This document shows positions 51,653 to 61,026 of a stretch of DNA of 64,000 nucleotides, piece by piece. The notes under the pieces were generated by a model that was given only the letters and a program-made list of their open reading frames with translations, made no database searches and was not told the DNA's origin. The translations under genes and the position numbers were made by a program. This stretch comes from Acidobacteriota bacterium (GTDB taxonomy: Bacteria; Acidobacteriota; UBA6911; RPQK01; JADFOI01), in NCBI GenBank assembly GCA_963663035.1, contig OY760074.1:3232001-3296000 (forward strand). Direction: 5' to 3'. Every line of letters begins with the position of its first letter. Position 1 is the first letter of the stretch.

Positions 51653-54069
51653 TTATGGCATCAGGGGCATCCGCAGCAGCAGGTCGGTAAAGCGTGGATC
51701 GTCGCGGAGGGGGTCCCACGCTGGGCTTACTTTGAGAAAAGTCAAACCAGTTTCTCGTTCCGCGAATGCCTTCTCCAACCACTCAAAGGCTTGGTCCTTT
51801 TCACCCAGGTAAGTATAGATGCCGGCAAATGTGACAGGTGAGACAGACTCACCCCGTTTTAGGCTTTCTGTCTCGTAGTCCAGCCACCACCGACTGAAGG
51901 CCTCTTTACCCGAAGCCGCGGCATCTGCAAGTCCTGCTACCTCTTCCTGGCTGGCTCCCCCAAGGATCTGATCTCTTTGAAAAGCCACCGCTGCTTCCTG
52001 GTACTGCCCCATTAGAAAATATGCATAGCCCATCCTGTTCCAGGCCAGCTGGAAGTCTGGATTGATCTCCAGCGCCGCCTCACTCTGCTCTATGGCTTCA
52101 CTGTATCTACGGGCGTTAATAAAGTGTAGTGCTACAGCTTGTCTAGCCTCCAGGCTGAGTGGATCAAGCTCCTGAGCGCGCCTGATCTGAGCGATCGCTT
52201 CATCATGCTGACCCATTGTTGACAGGGCAAAGGAATAACCATAATGGGCCCGGTAAGAGCTGGGGTCGAGCTCAAGGGCTATTTTGTATTCCCTTTCCGC
52301 CCCCAGGTCGTCCCAATAGTAAGCACGTTTGAAATCTCCCAGGGCTGCGTAAGCTTCGGCCAGCGTGTTGTCGATCTCCAGTGCTCTCTTCGCCATCTCC
52401 TCCGCTAATGGCATGCCTTCCTGTACAGGTATGGCATCAAGAAAGACTGCAAGCGAATAGTAGGATCGGGATAGGGCTGTGTAGGCTCGGGCGTAGTTTG
52501 GATCTTTTTCAATCGCTTTCTTGAAGTGCTGGATTGCGTTATCTACAGTCTCTCCCGTCAACTTTGCGTATTCAGCCTGACCCTTCAGATAGGCTTCATG
52601 TGCTTCGCTATTGTTGGTATAGCGTTTTGCTAGTTGTTCTTGCTCCTTGCCACTCAACTGGAGTCCCAGAGCATCGGCAATCTCCTTGCTGAGGGATTCT
52701 TCCATTTCATACAGTGCTGATCGTGGCCGGGTGTAGGTTTTCCCCCACAGCGTGCTGTTGTTCTGTGCATCCACCAGTTCCACATAAATCCTCAGGTTCT
52801 CTCCCTGGGAGGTCATGTTCCCGGTGACGACGGCTCCTACATCGACCTCTTGTACTACGGTCCCGGCATCTACGTCCTGATCCTTGTAGCGCCTCATTGA
52901 GGTACTGGAAATGACCTTCTCCAGTTCAGACAGCTGAGAGAGCCGGCTGATAATCCCCTCGGCAAGCCCGTCACTCACGTACTCCAACTCAGGGTCACCA
53001 CTGCGGTTTTCAAACGGCAGGATGGCAATGGAATCGATGGCCTCGGCAGGAGCAGCAGTGAACGGCCAAAACAAGCAGCAGTGAACGGCCAAAACAAGGC
53101 GAGAAGCAAAAGGACAGCTAAGACCACTCCTCCACCCACCCCAGGCCAAAAGTAAATCCGCTTAGCTGGAATAGCTGCGGGTACGGTTGCAGTGGCGACT
53201 GACTCACCCGATGTATCTCTCTTCAACCTCTTCAGATCCACTAACAACTCTTTGGAAGACTGGCAACGAATCTCCCTGTCTTTCTCCAGAGACTTGTTGA
53301 TGATGTCCTCCAGCTTGTCAGGCAAATCCGGATTCAGTCGCACTGGAGCTGTAGGGGCTTTATTCAGAATCTCATCAAAGACGACCGCTGTCGTGCTTCC
53401 CTGAAACGGTAAACTCCCGGTCGCCATCTCATATAACACCACACCCAAAGAGAAAAGATCTGTCCGAGCATCCAGTTCCTCACCCCGCGCCTGCTCAGGC
53501 GACATGTAAGCGACTGTTCCCAAGGCCGTCCCAGGACTGGTGAGAGCCTGCTCCGACACCTGAGCGGTGGGCATTCTGGAGTCCACTTCCGTTTGCTCCT
53601 GGGTCAGCTTGGCCAGGCCGAAGTCCAGGACCTTGGCGTCGCCCCGCTGGGTGATGAAGATATTGCCCGGTTTGATGTCTCTGTGGACAATGCCCTTGGA
53701 ATGAGCGGCATCTAAAGCATCGGCAATCTGGCTCCCCAGATCCAGCAGCTCGTCCGTTTGCATGGAGCTTCCCTGGATGCGGTGCTTGAGTGTCTGCCCT
53801 TCCAAAAACTCCATGACGATGAAGGGCTGGCTCTGGTGTTCGCCAATATCATGGATCACACAGATATTCGGGTGGTTGAGGGCCGAGGCCGCCCTGGCTT
53901 CTCTTTGGAACCGTTCCAGGGCCTGTTTGTTCTGGGCGAACTTCTCAGGCAGAAACTTCAGGGCCACATTGCGGCCCAGCCTGGTGTCTTCGGCCTTGTA
54001 GACGACACCCATTCCTCCGCTACCGAGTTTCTCCAGGATTTCGTAGTGTGAAATGGTTTGGCCGATCAC
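51653..54069 (-). pseudogene. Ser/Thr kinase-TM-TolB-like-TPR protein frameshifted by a 23-bp tandem duplication
   Basis: Kinase motifs ([28 protein letters not shown]) in 52975-54069; SIAILPFEN and TPRs in 51653-53149. Removing one repeat copy joins them as ...[23 protein letters not shown]. Confidence 0.88.
53051..53096. repeat. Perfect 23-bp tandem duplication
   Basis: AGCAGCAGTGAACGGCCAAAACA twice. Confidence 0.95.
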
Positions 54070-54185
54070 TATTTGACTCCCCCTCCAGGCGGGTGTGATA
54101 TCTCCTAGATGTTAAGCCTTAAGGGGTCTGAATGCAGTATAAAGAAAGGAGTCAGGAGAAAGGAGTCAGGAGATAGGAGGAGCTG

Positions 54186-55046
54186 TCAGCTGTCAGCGGG
54201 CCAGTTGTCAGTGGTCAGTGGTTCCGTGGTCAATTGCCAGCTTTCCAGGATGGGTATCAGCCCGTGGTCGGTGGTGTCCAATTGCAAAGGAGTGATGGCA
54301 ATATAACCCTCCAGCAGGGCCCGCAGGTCGGTGTTGGGTGCGCCACCAGTTGCTGGCTGGTAACTCTGCCAAAAATAGTCCTGCCCGCCCGGCATCTCTC
54401 CCTTCACGTAAAAAGAACGGGAGACCTCCAGGCTGAGGGATACGATTCTCCCTCCCTTGACTTGATCTTCCGGCAGCGCCGGGTAATTGACATTGAGGAA
54501 GGTTTTGGGTGGAAGCTTCTCTTTCAAGTACTTTTCCACCAGGTGGGCAGTGAATTCCGCTGCCGCCTTAAAGTCCATGTGGGAACCGGATTGAACGGAA
54601 ACGGCGATAGAGGGAATCCCCTGAAAGGCAGCCTCACGGGCTGCAGCCACGGTGCCGGAGTAATAACTCACCAGTCCCAGATTGTCACCATTGTTGCTGC
54701 CAGAGACCACAATATCCGGTCTGTCAGACAACAGACTTTCCAGTGCCAGGCTCACGCAAGTGGCTGGCCGGGCAGTGATGGCGTGCCAAACAGAACCTCC
54801 CTCATCTGTCCGCGTGGTCACGAAAATCGGAGTGCGTCCCGAGGTCAAACCATGGCTGCTAAGGCTCTGATTGGTGGCCGGAGCTGCCACGGTCACTGTG
54901 CCCACTCGACTGAGGGCCTGGTGCATGGCCAATAACCCGGGAGCGTCAATCCCATCGTCGTTGGTGAGGAGAATGTGGGGCAGGTTTTGAGAAAGACCGA
55001 AGACAGAGAAGGACAGTGTTACCAAGACAAGAAGCAGTTTTCTCAT
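54186..55046 (-). CDS. surE: 5'/3'-nucleotidase SurE (with signal peptide)
   Basis: ILLTNDDGI.APG, APATNQS, PATCV, SGSNNGDN.G...YSGTVAAA, ITPL. Confidence 0.92.
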   Translation of the reverse strand: MRKLLLVLVTLSFSVFGLSQNLPHILLTNDDGIDAPGLLAMHQALSRVGTVTVAAPATNQSLSSHGLTSGRTPIFVTTRTDEGGSVWHAITARPATCVSLALESLLSDRPDIVVSGSNNGDNLGLVSYYSGTVAAAREAAFQGIPSIAVSVQSGSHMDFKAAAEFTAHLVEKYLKEKLPPKTFLNVNYPALPEDQVKGGRIVSLSLEVSRSFYVKGEMPGGQDYFWQSYQPATGGAPNTDLRALLEGYIAITPLQLDTTDHGLIPILESWQLTTEPLTTDNWPADS

Positions 55047-55111
55047 TCGATCACCTCCGATGGGAAAGGGTCAGCTGCGGGGCCTGCTTGCATCACACTT
55101 CTGTGTGCGAC

Positions 55112-56539
55112 TCACCGGAGGTATTTATCCATCCACTCTCCGTAAACCTCTTCATGTTCCTTGGCGATCCAGCTCCCCGGATCCGCCACGTAATCTCTTT
55201 GATAGTCCCCTTCGACATTGATCCCGGGTATGGCCGGGATCCATGCCTCCTTGAGCACCTCATCGGGATCTCCGTACTTGGCGGCTAATTGCCTGATTTC
55301 CGGATCATCCAGGACGGTTAAATGGCCCTTGTCGATGAGCTTGATGGTCTCACCATCCTCGGTTTCCATCTCAAAGGTGTTGAAGTAGGTGTGAACATGA
55401 AAATGGCCGTCAGGCATGTTGTTGTCTATTGCCCACTGCCCTCCTCCTTGAACGCCGATGCCCCAGTGAATGATCCCGGTTCTTGCTCTTTCCCAGCTTA
55501 AGATTCGGCTGGGCTGAATCATGACATTGGCGGGTCGTGCAGACTTTGGATTGGTTCCGATAGCCACTTCATACAGCCAACCCATTCCCGGGCCGGGCAT
55601 GCCCGGCCACTGGACATCCTTATATTTGTCCAGGACAGACTTCCAGTTTTCCCCATAGCTGCCGCCGGCTTCGATTCGGGTGATGTTGTTCCCGCTAATG
55701 TAAACTTTGATTTGAGGGAAAAATCCGGTGTGGTTGGAGGATCCGGCAATCACCCCTTCGGCGTCCAGAATACTCTTGGTGTCAAAAGGAGGATAAGCCG
55801 CGATATGACCTCTGCTCTGAATCCGCTCTGGATGCTCACGGTCTTCTCTTCTCACCGTCCAGGTAATATCGGTCCCCTCCGGATCGGTGACTCTGACCTT
55901 TCTTGCCTTCAGCAGTGTGTCCCAAGTCTTCTGGTCTATAGCTTCAACGATCTCAGCAGGGTACTCGGCCGTACCCGAAATGAACTCGTCCAGCGTTTGC
56001 CATGGGATTTTTTCCCATCGAAATCCTGAATGTTCCGGGTTGCCTCCACCGGTTCCGTGGATCACCACATGATATTCAGCAACTCCCCTGGCCAGGTCAG
56101 CAATGAAAGTCTTGGAGCGCATGGCGTTGTCTCTCAGGAAAAGGAAATATTCCAACTCCTTGATCGCTTCCCCGGGCTTCATCTCTGGGAAAAAGCTGTG
56201 ATAGTCCAAAAAGAGCACATCTACTTTCCCCCCGGCTTCTCGGATCGCCATCTCCAGGGCTGCCACAACGTTACGATCAAAGGCACTGTCCGGGGCCAGC
56301 AGAACTCTCTGGCCAGGTTGGATGCCCCAACCCACAGCAAACCCCGTCCCCTCCCTGGAGGGTCGGTTCACGATGGTTCGGGCAATCTCCAGCAAATCCT
56401 CCGGGCCGTCAACATCCCTCAGATTGGGATAGGTCGGCGCCGGATAATCAAAGGTCCGTTGTGCCATCAGTGGAGTACTCAGAGCCACAATGGCCCACAC
56501 CAGGAGCAAGCCACTTCCGGTCAAGTGTTTTGTTTTCAT
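55112..56539 (-). CDS. Secreted protein with peptidase M29 (aminopeptidase T/II)-like C-terminal domain
   Basis: VTDPEGTDI, EVAIGTNP, ERARTGIIHWGIG, HFHVH; GAGGAGG RBS; signal peptide. Confidence 0.62.
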   Translation of the reverse strand: MKTKHLTGSGLLLVWAIVALSTPLMAQRTFDYPAPTYPNLRDVDGPEDLLEIARTIVNRPSREGTGFAVGWGIQPGQRVLLAPDSAFDRNVVAALEMAIREAGGKVDVLFLDYHSFFPEMKPGEAIKELEYFLFLRDNAMRSKTFIADLARGVAEYHVVIHGTGGGNPEHSGFRWEKIPWQTLDEFISGTAEYPAEIVEAIDQKTWDTLLKARKVRVTDPEGTDITWTVRREDREHPERIQSRGHIAAYPPFDTKSILDAEGVIAGSSNHTGFFPQIKVYISGNNITRIEAGGSYGENWKSVLDKYKDVQWPGMPGPGMGWLYEVAIGTNPKSARPANVMIQPSRILSWERARTGIIHWGIGVQGGGQWAIDNNMPDGHFHVHTYFNTFEMETEDGETIKLIDKGHLTVLDDPEIRQLAAKYGDPDEVLKEAWIPAIPGINVEGDYQRDYVADPGSWIAKEHEEVYGEWMDKYLR

Positions 56540-56627
56540 GTCGTTGCCTCCTCGAAGGCCTGATGATTCATTAAATAGAGTTATGACGGAAAGTATAGTC
56601 GTTGAGATCGATTAAGGAAAACAATTA

Positions 56628-56778
56628 TAGCCCGCACTATGCATAACTTTTCTGCTACAGTGTCGCAATCATTCGCGCTGACGGCGTTGTGCGACCCGCA
56701 AGCGGGTACCCCTCACACGCCTTGTCATCGCGGCGCTTGCGCCACGTCGCTACGAAAACCTAAGCATAGTGCGGGCTA
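56628..56778 (+). repeat. Family A element, copy A9 (151 bp)
   Basis: TAGCCCGCACTATGC ... GCATAGTGCGGGCTA; single ACCCGC-AA-GCGGGT module. Confidence 0.9.
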
Positions 56779-56805
56779 GCCGGGACCTTTGCATAATCCC
56801 GGCTA
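56777..56805. repeat. Ends-only mini element sharing its TA with A9
   Basis: TAGCCGGGA-CCTTTGCATAA-TCCCGGCTA. Confidence 0.75.
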
Positions 56806-56846
56806 GTGCCTTCTGTGGTGACTGGGTGGGTAGCTGTTGAGAGGGG

Positions 56847-57554
56847 CTAAGCGGCAGCCAAAGACTGCAGGAGTTGGCGCTGGTCCTGGCTGTCGCACTG
56901 AAGGAATTCCAAAGCTACTGAGTTGAGTGTTTCTCCTCCACGCTCGACCTGTTTTGAGCGCAAGATCGAGCCCACGGCATCGATTTCACAGGAGGGTTTG
57001 AAGTGGACTTTCAGCGCCAGTTTATCTCTCACTTTCAAGGGAAGGTTGGTTTCAAATTCCAATCCCCCCACACCGATATTCTGGGTCGTGAAGTTGACAA
57101 AGTGCTCACCGACCAGCTGGGAGACGGCAGCATCGATCACGGTGAGGAACAAAGGGATTCGTGCGCGAACCCGGTAAGATTTCCTGCCCTGTGCTGTTAC
57201 GCCTTCGCTCCTGACCCACACTGCCACCAGCTGGCCAGGCGCGCCCATGATCTTGACAACCTTTGCATCCCAGAAGAAGGCAACCGGCCCTTCATCCCAG
57301 TACTGGATTCGTACTCGTTCTCCTTCTCCGAAAGGGAGTTGCGAGGCCGGTTTGGCAAGCTCCAGGCAGATTTCCTCCGAGGAGCTGTGGGTCACAGTGG
57401 CCGCGACCTCTCCTTTTGATTCTGTATGGATGGATAAAACTAAGCCTGTCTTGAAGAACAGGTTTGGGTAATGACCGGAGCCTGTCTCTGGCTCTTGGCT
57501 GACTTGCGATGCTGGGTAGGGCACTTGGGGTGCCCCATGCTTTTTCAAGTTCAT
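56847..57554 (-). CDS. PilZ domain protein (YcgR-like, with N-terminal domain)
   Basis: RKSYR (RxxxR) and NIGVGG (D/NxSxxG-like); GGGAGGG RBS. Confidence 0.78.
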   Translation of the reverse strand: MNLKKHGAPQVPYPASQVSQEPETGSGHYPNLFFKTGLVLSIHTESKGEVAATVTHSSSEEICLELAKPASQLPFGEGERVRIQYWDEGPVAFFWDAKVVKIMGAPGQLVAVWVRSEGVTAQGRKSYRVRARIPLFLTVIDAAVSQLVGEHFVNFTTQNIGVGGLEFETNLPLKVRDKLALKVHFKPSCEIDAVGSILRSKQVERGGETLNSVALEFLQCDSQDQRQLLQSLAAA

Positions 57555-57580
57555 GACTTGTCCCTCCCGCTGGTGTTTAA

Positions 57581-57597
57581 TGCAGGAATGGGGCCAA
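57581..57597 (-). promoter_or_regulatory. Putative sigma-54 (-24/-12) promoter
   Basis: Minus strand TTGGCCCCATTCCTGCA: GG-N10-GC spacing. Confidence 0.55.
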
Positions 57598-57673
57598 TTC
57601 CTTGCGAAGCAACTAAATCATTGAACTATTGGAAGTTATGGGATTCAAGGGAAAACTCCTGAGAAGGTGTTTT

Positions 57674-57688
57674 TGACAATTTTTGTCA
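57674..57688. promoter_or_regulatory. Palindromic upstream activator site candidate
   Basis: TGACAA-TTT-TTGTCA about 80 bp upstream of the -24 element; IHF-like site at 57614-57626 in between. Confidence 0.45.
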
Positions 57689-57712
57689 CCTTATCTAACC
57701 CTTCCTCTCACT

Positions 57713-60469
57713 CTACCGCACCGGGTTACCGGCGGCATCAACCTGATAAATCTCGCCCAGGTTCAGTTCACGAATTCCTTCTTCGATCTTAGCGAGATCG
57801 CCGACAATCACCCAAACCAGATTATCCGCATGAATGAGACTCTGCGCAGCCTGCGAGATCTGAGAGAGCTTGAGGGCCCGAAGTCTCTCCGGATAGGTCT
57901 CGTAATGATCGTCGGGGAGACCGTAGCGAACGATTGCAGCAATGGAATTGCCGATCGCGGCAATGGTTTCCCAGGAGCCAGGAAGCCTGAGAATTCGGTT
58001 CTCCCGAGTTTTGACGAACTCTTCCTCTGTGGGTGGGCGATTGGCTGTCATCTCCCGCAGTTCCTTGAGAATCTCCACGATGGACTCTTTGGTTCGGTCC
58101 GTTTGAACAGGCGCACGTACAACGAAAGGCCTCTGGCCCCGTGCGCCATAGAGGCTCGACCTGGCCCCATAGGACCAGCCCTTGTCCTCGCGCAGGTTCA
58201 TATTGATGCGGGAGGTGAAGGTACCTCCAAGAATATGGTTCATGGTGTCGATGGCAAGTTCGTCCGGATTATTGGTGGGGGGTGCGATATGGGTGGCGTA
58301 TATGATCGACTGTTCAGCAGCCGGTTTATTCACCAGGTAGACGGCAGATCTTACGCGGTGCTCCACCACAGGAAGATTCTTGGCCGGGACAGGACCCGTT
58401 TGCCAAGGCTGGAAATGCTCCTCCAGCCTGGGGATGATCTCCTCCAGGGTGGTGTCGCCCACAACCACCAGGGTGGCATTGTTGGGTTTAAACCAGGTCC
58501 GGTAGAAGTTGATCAGGTCTTCATTTCTCAGGCTGCTGACAGATTCCTCTGTTCCCGAACCGGTATAGGGCCCTCCGTAAGGATGATTTTTCCCATAGAG
58601 GAGACCTGGAAAGACCCGAAGGCCCATTTGCGTGGGAGTGGTCTTCTCCCGCTGAATGCGGGCCAACTGCTCTTTTTGAAGTCGTGTGAACTCCTGCTCT
58701 GGAAAAGCCGGATCGAGAATCACATCGGCGTAGAGTTCGAGTGAAGAGTCCAACTCTGACTTGAGCACGGACAGGGAGACCGAGGAGTGATCCAGATTGG
58801 AGCCGGTCCGTAAGCGGGCACCTAGATTAGCCAGTTCCTCGCTGATCTCCAGCGCAGAACGCTTTGAGGTGCCCTCATCCAGCATGTCCATCGCCAGGCT
58901 GGCCACACCCGGCACCGAGTCCCGGTCGGCAGCATAACCCGCATCCACCAACAGGTTAAAGTTGATCAAGGGAACGGAGCTGCGTCTGGACACGATCACC
59001 TTCAACCCATTGGCCAGTGTCGTTCTTCTCAGCTCGGGAAAATCAGGCTGGGGAGGTATTCCAGGTTGAGGGAGCTTGGAGCGGTCGACTTCAGTTCCCG
59101 TGGTTTTGAGATCGGGAAAGGGGTGAACTTCAAGAATGTAAACCCCATCTGAAAGCCACCGCCTGGCTGCCCCTGTCAAATCAGAGGGTTGGGCACTCCC
59201 CACCCTCTGCAAGGTTGTTTTGTAATAGTCGGGGCGGCCGCCATAGACCTCGTTGCTGGCCAAAATGTCGGACTTGCCGCCAAATCCTCCCACCCGCTCG
59301 ATACCTCGGATGAAACGGGACATAAACTGGGTCTGGACGCGTTGCAGTTCCCTCTCGGTTGGTCCCTGCTCGAGAAATCTTTCCAACTCTTGGTCGATGG
59401 CGGCTTCCACCCTGGCAAGCTCTTCCCCGGGACGAGCTGTGGCTCGAATCCGAAACTGGCCGCCAATCTCCAGGAGGTCAGCGAAGGCGGACACATCCGT
59501 TGCAATCTGGTCGTCGTACACCAGCCGCTTGTAGAGTCGAGAGGTTTTTCCCGAAGCCAGAACACTTCCCACCAGGCTCAAGTAGTCGGCATCGGCCGAA
59601 CCCCACTCGGGAATATTCCAGACCTTCTCAATGCGAGCCTGGGGGACATGATCCTGGACGGTCTGGCGATGGGTCCCGGTCATCTTGGCAACCCAAACCT
59701 TTTGTCGAGCCACTGGCGGTCCGGCCGGGATGTTTCCAAAATATCTTTTCACCGTGCTGAGGGCTGTTTGGGCGTCAACGTCCCCGGCAATGGCTATCAC
59801 AGCATTGTTAGGACCATAGTAGCTCCTGAACCACTCCCGGACATCGTCCAGTTTCGCTGCATTCAAATCCTCCATGGAACCGATGACCGTCCACGAATAG
59901 GGGTGGCCGGCAGGATAAGTGTTCTTAACAATCAACTCGTAGGCGACGCCGTAGGGCCGATTCTCACCCTGGCGCTTTTCGTTTTGAACCACTCCCCGTT
60001 GTTCATCGAGCTTTTCCTGGGTGATGGCCCCCAGCAAATGTCCCATGCGATCCGATTCCATCCAGCTCGCCAGGTCCAGTGCAGAACTGGGAACATTCTG
60101 GAAATAGTTGGTCCTGTCGTTGCTGGTGGTCCCGTTGAGATCGGTGGCTCCTACGCGCTCCAAGGCCTGAAAGTAATCATTGTCGAAGTGTTCACTTCCG
60201 TTGAACATGAGATGTTCAAAGAGGTGTGCAAAACCACTTCTGCCCGGACTCTCGTCCTTGGAGCCGACGTGATACCACACATTGACCGCCACGATCGGCA
60301 CCTTGTGATCCTCATGGACGATAAGAGTCAATCCATTCTCGAGCACAAATCTCTGATACGGAATGTCAATCTCGCTGATCATGTCTTCCACACCAGTGGA
60401 GGAAGCCATGGCCAGGGTGGGCAGGCAGAAAAGGCTGAAAAGGAACGTGGTTGCTTTATGCGATTTCAT
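57713..60469 (-). CDS. M16 (pitrilysin) family zinc protease
   Basis: WYHVGSKDE, GFAHLFEHLMF (HxxEH), second M16 half with LREDKGWSYG. Confidence 0.95.
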   Translation of the reverse strand: MKSHKATTFLFSLFCLPTLAMASSTGVEDMISEIDIPYQRFVLENGLTLIVHEDHKVPIVAVNVWYHVGSKDESPGRSGFAHLFEHLMFNGSEHFDNDYFQALERVGATDLNGTTSNDRTNYFQNVPSSALDLASWMESDRMGHLLGAITQEKLDEQRGVVQNEKRQGENRPYGVAYELIVKNTYPAGHPYSWTVIGSMEDLNAAKLDDVREWFRSYYGPNNAVIAIAGDVDAQTALSTVKRYFGNIPAGPPVARQKVWVAKMTGTHRQTVQDHVPQARIEKVWNIPEWGSADADYLSLVGSVLASGKTSRLYKRLVYDDQIATDVSAFADLLEIGGQFRIRATARPGEELARVEAAIDQELERFLEQGPTERELQRVQTQFMSRFIRGIERVGGFGGKSDILASNEVYGGRPDYYKTTLQRVGSAQPSDLTGAARRWLSDGVYILEVHPFPDLKTTGTEVDRSKLPQPGIPPQPDFPELRRTTLANGLKVIVSRRSSVPLINFNLLVDAGYAADRDSVPGVASLAMDMLDEGTSKRSALEISEELANLGARLRTGSNLDHSSVSLSVLKSELDSSLELYADVILDPAFPEQEFTRLQKEQLARIQREKTTPTQMGLRVFPGLLYGKNHPYGGPYTGSGTEESVSSLRNEDLINFYRTWFKPNNATLVVVGDTTLEEIIPRLEEHFQPWQTGPVPAKNLPVVEHRVRSAVYLVNKPAAEQSIIYATHIAPPTNNPDELAIDTMNHILGGTFTSRINMNLREDKGWSYGARSSLYGARGQRPFVVRAPVQTDRTKESIVEILKELREMTANRPPTEEEFVKTRENRILRLPGSWETIAAIGNSIAAIVRYGLPDDHYETYPERLRALKLSQISQAAQSLIHADNLVWVIVGDLAKIEEGIRELNLGEIYQVDAAGNPVR

Positions 60470-60628
60470 GGTCTTCTCCCCTTTTACCCAAAGGATAAGC
60501 CTTCAGAGATTCGAAGGCAACAAGGGAAACCGAACACAAAAGTCAGAAGTCAGAGGCAAAATATCCTTTGCTGGCTTGTTCAGTGTGCAGACTTCGGTCA
60601 CTATATATAGAGCCACAGAGGCACTGTT

Positions 60629-60967
60629 ATGAAAAGAAAAGAGAAAAGGGTAGCAACTCGGGTTCAGGTACCGCTTGCAGGAAGCGTGACTTTTGAGGCT
60701 AAAGGAAAAGGGCTGCAAACGATTCAAGTGGTCGCTAAGGATGTTAGCGAAGACGGCACTTTCCTGTGGGTGGACAATCCCGAAACCTTCCCTCTTGTGG
60801 GTGACAAGGTAGGAATCAATCTGAGCTGCTCTTCTGATCTCAAGCGGGTGAAGCTAGCCATGGAAGCCTCTGGGATCGTTACCCGTGTGACTCGGCCCAA
60901 AGGGGGTCAACCTGGATTTGCAATCCGGTTCGAGGAAGTTCCGATCTGGGGTAAAGGAGCCAGCTAG
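60629..60967 (+). CDS. Stand-alone PilZ domain protein
   Basis: EKRVATR (RxxxR), DVSEDG (DxSxxG), GFAIRF. Confidence 0.85.
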   Translation: MKRKEKRVATRVQVPLAGSVTFEAKGKGLQTIQVVAKDVSEDGTFLWVDNPETFPLVGDKVGINLSCSSDLKRVKLAMEASGIVTRVTRPKGGQPGFAIRFEEVPIWGKGAS

Positions 60968-61026
60968 CCCCCTCAGCCTTCCAATCTCAGACCCATCCAA
61001 CTTCGGCCATACCAGTGGGAACCCGT

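Noticed and set aside
57683-60610. Long antisense ORFs (57683-58744, 59189-60610; also 32157-33146, 35234-36004, 43869-44786, 48358-48828)
   Set aside because: Shadow ORFs opposite well-supported genes, with no recognisable motifs.
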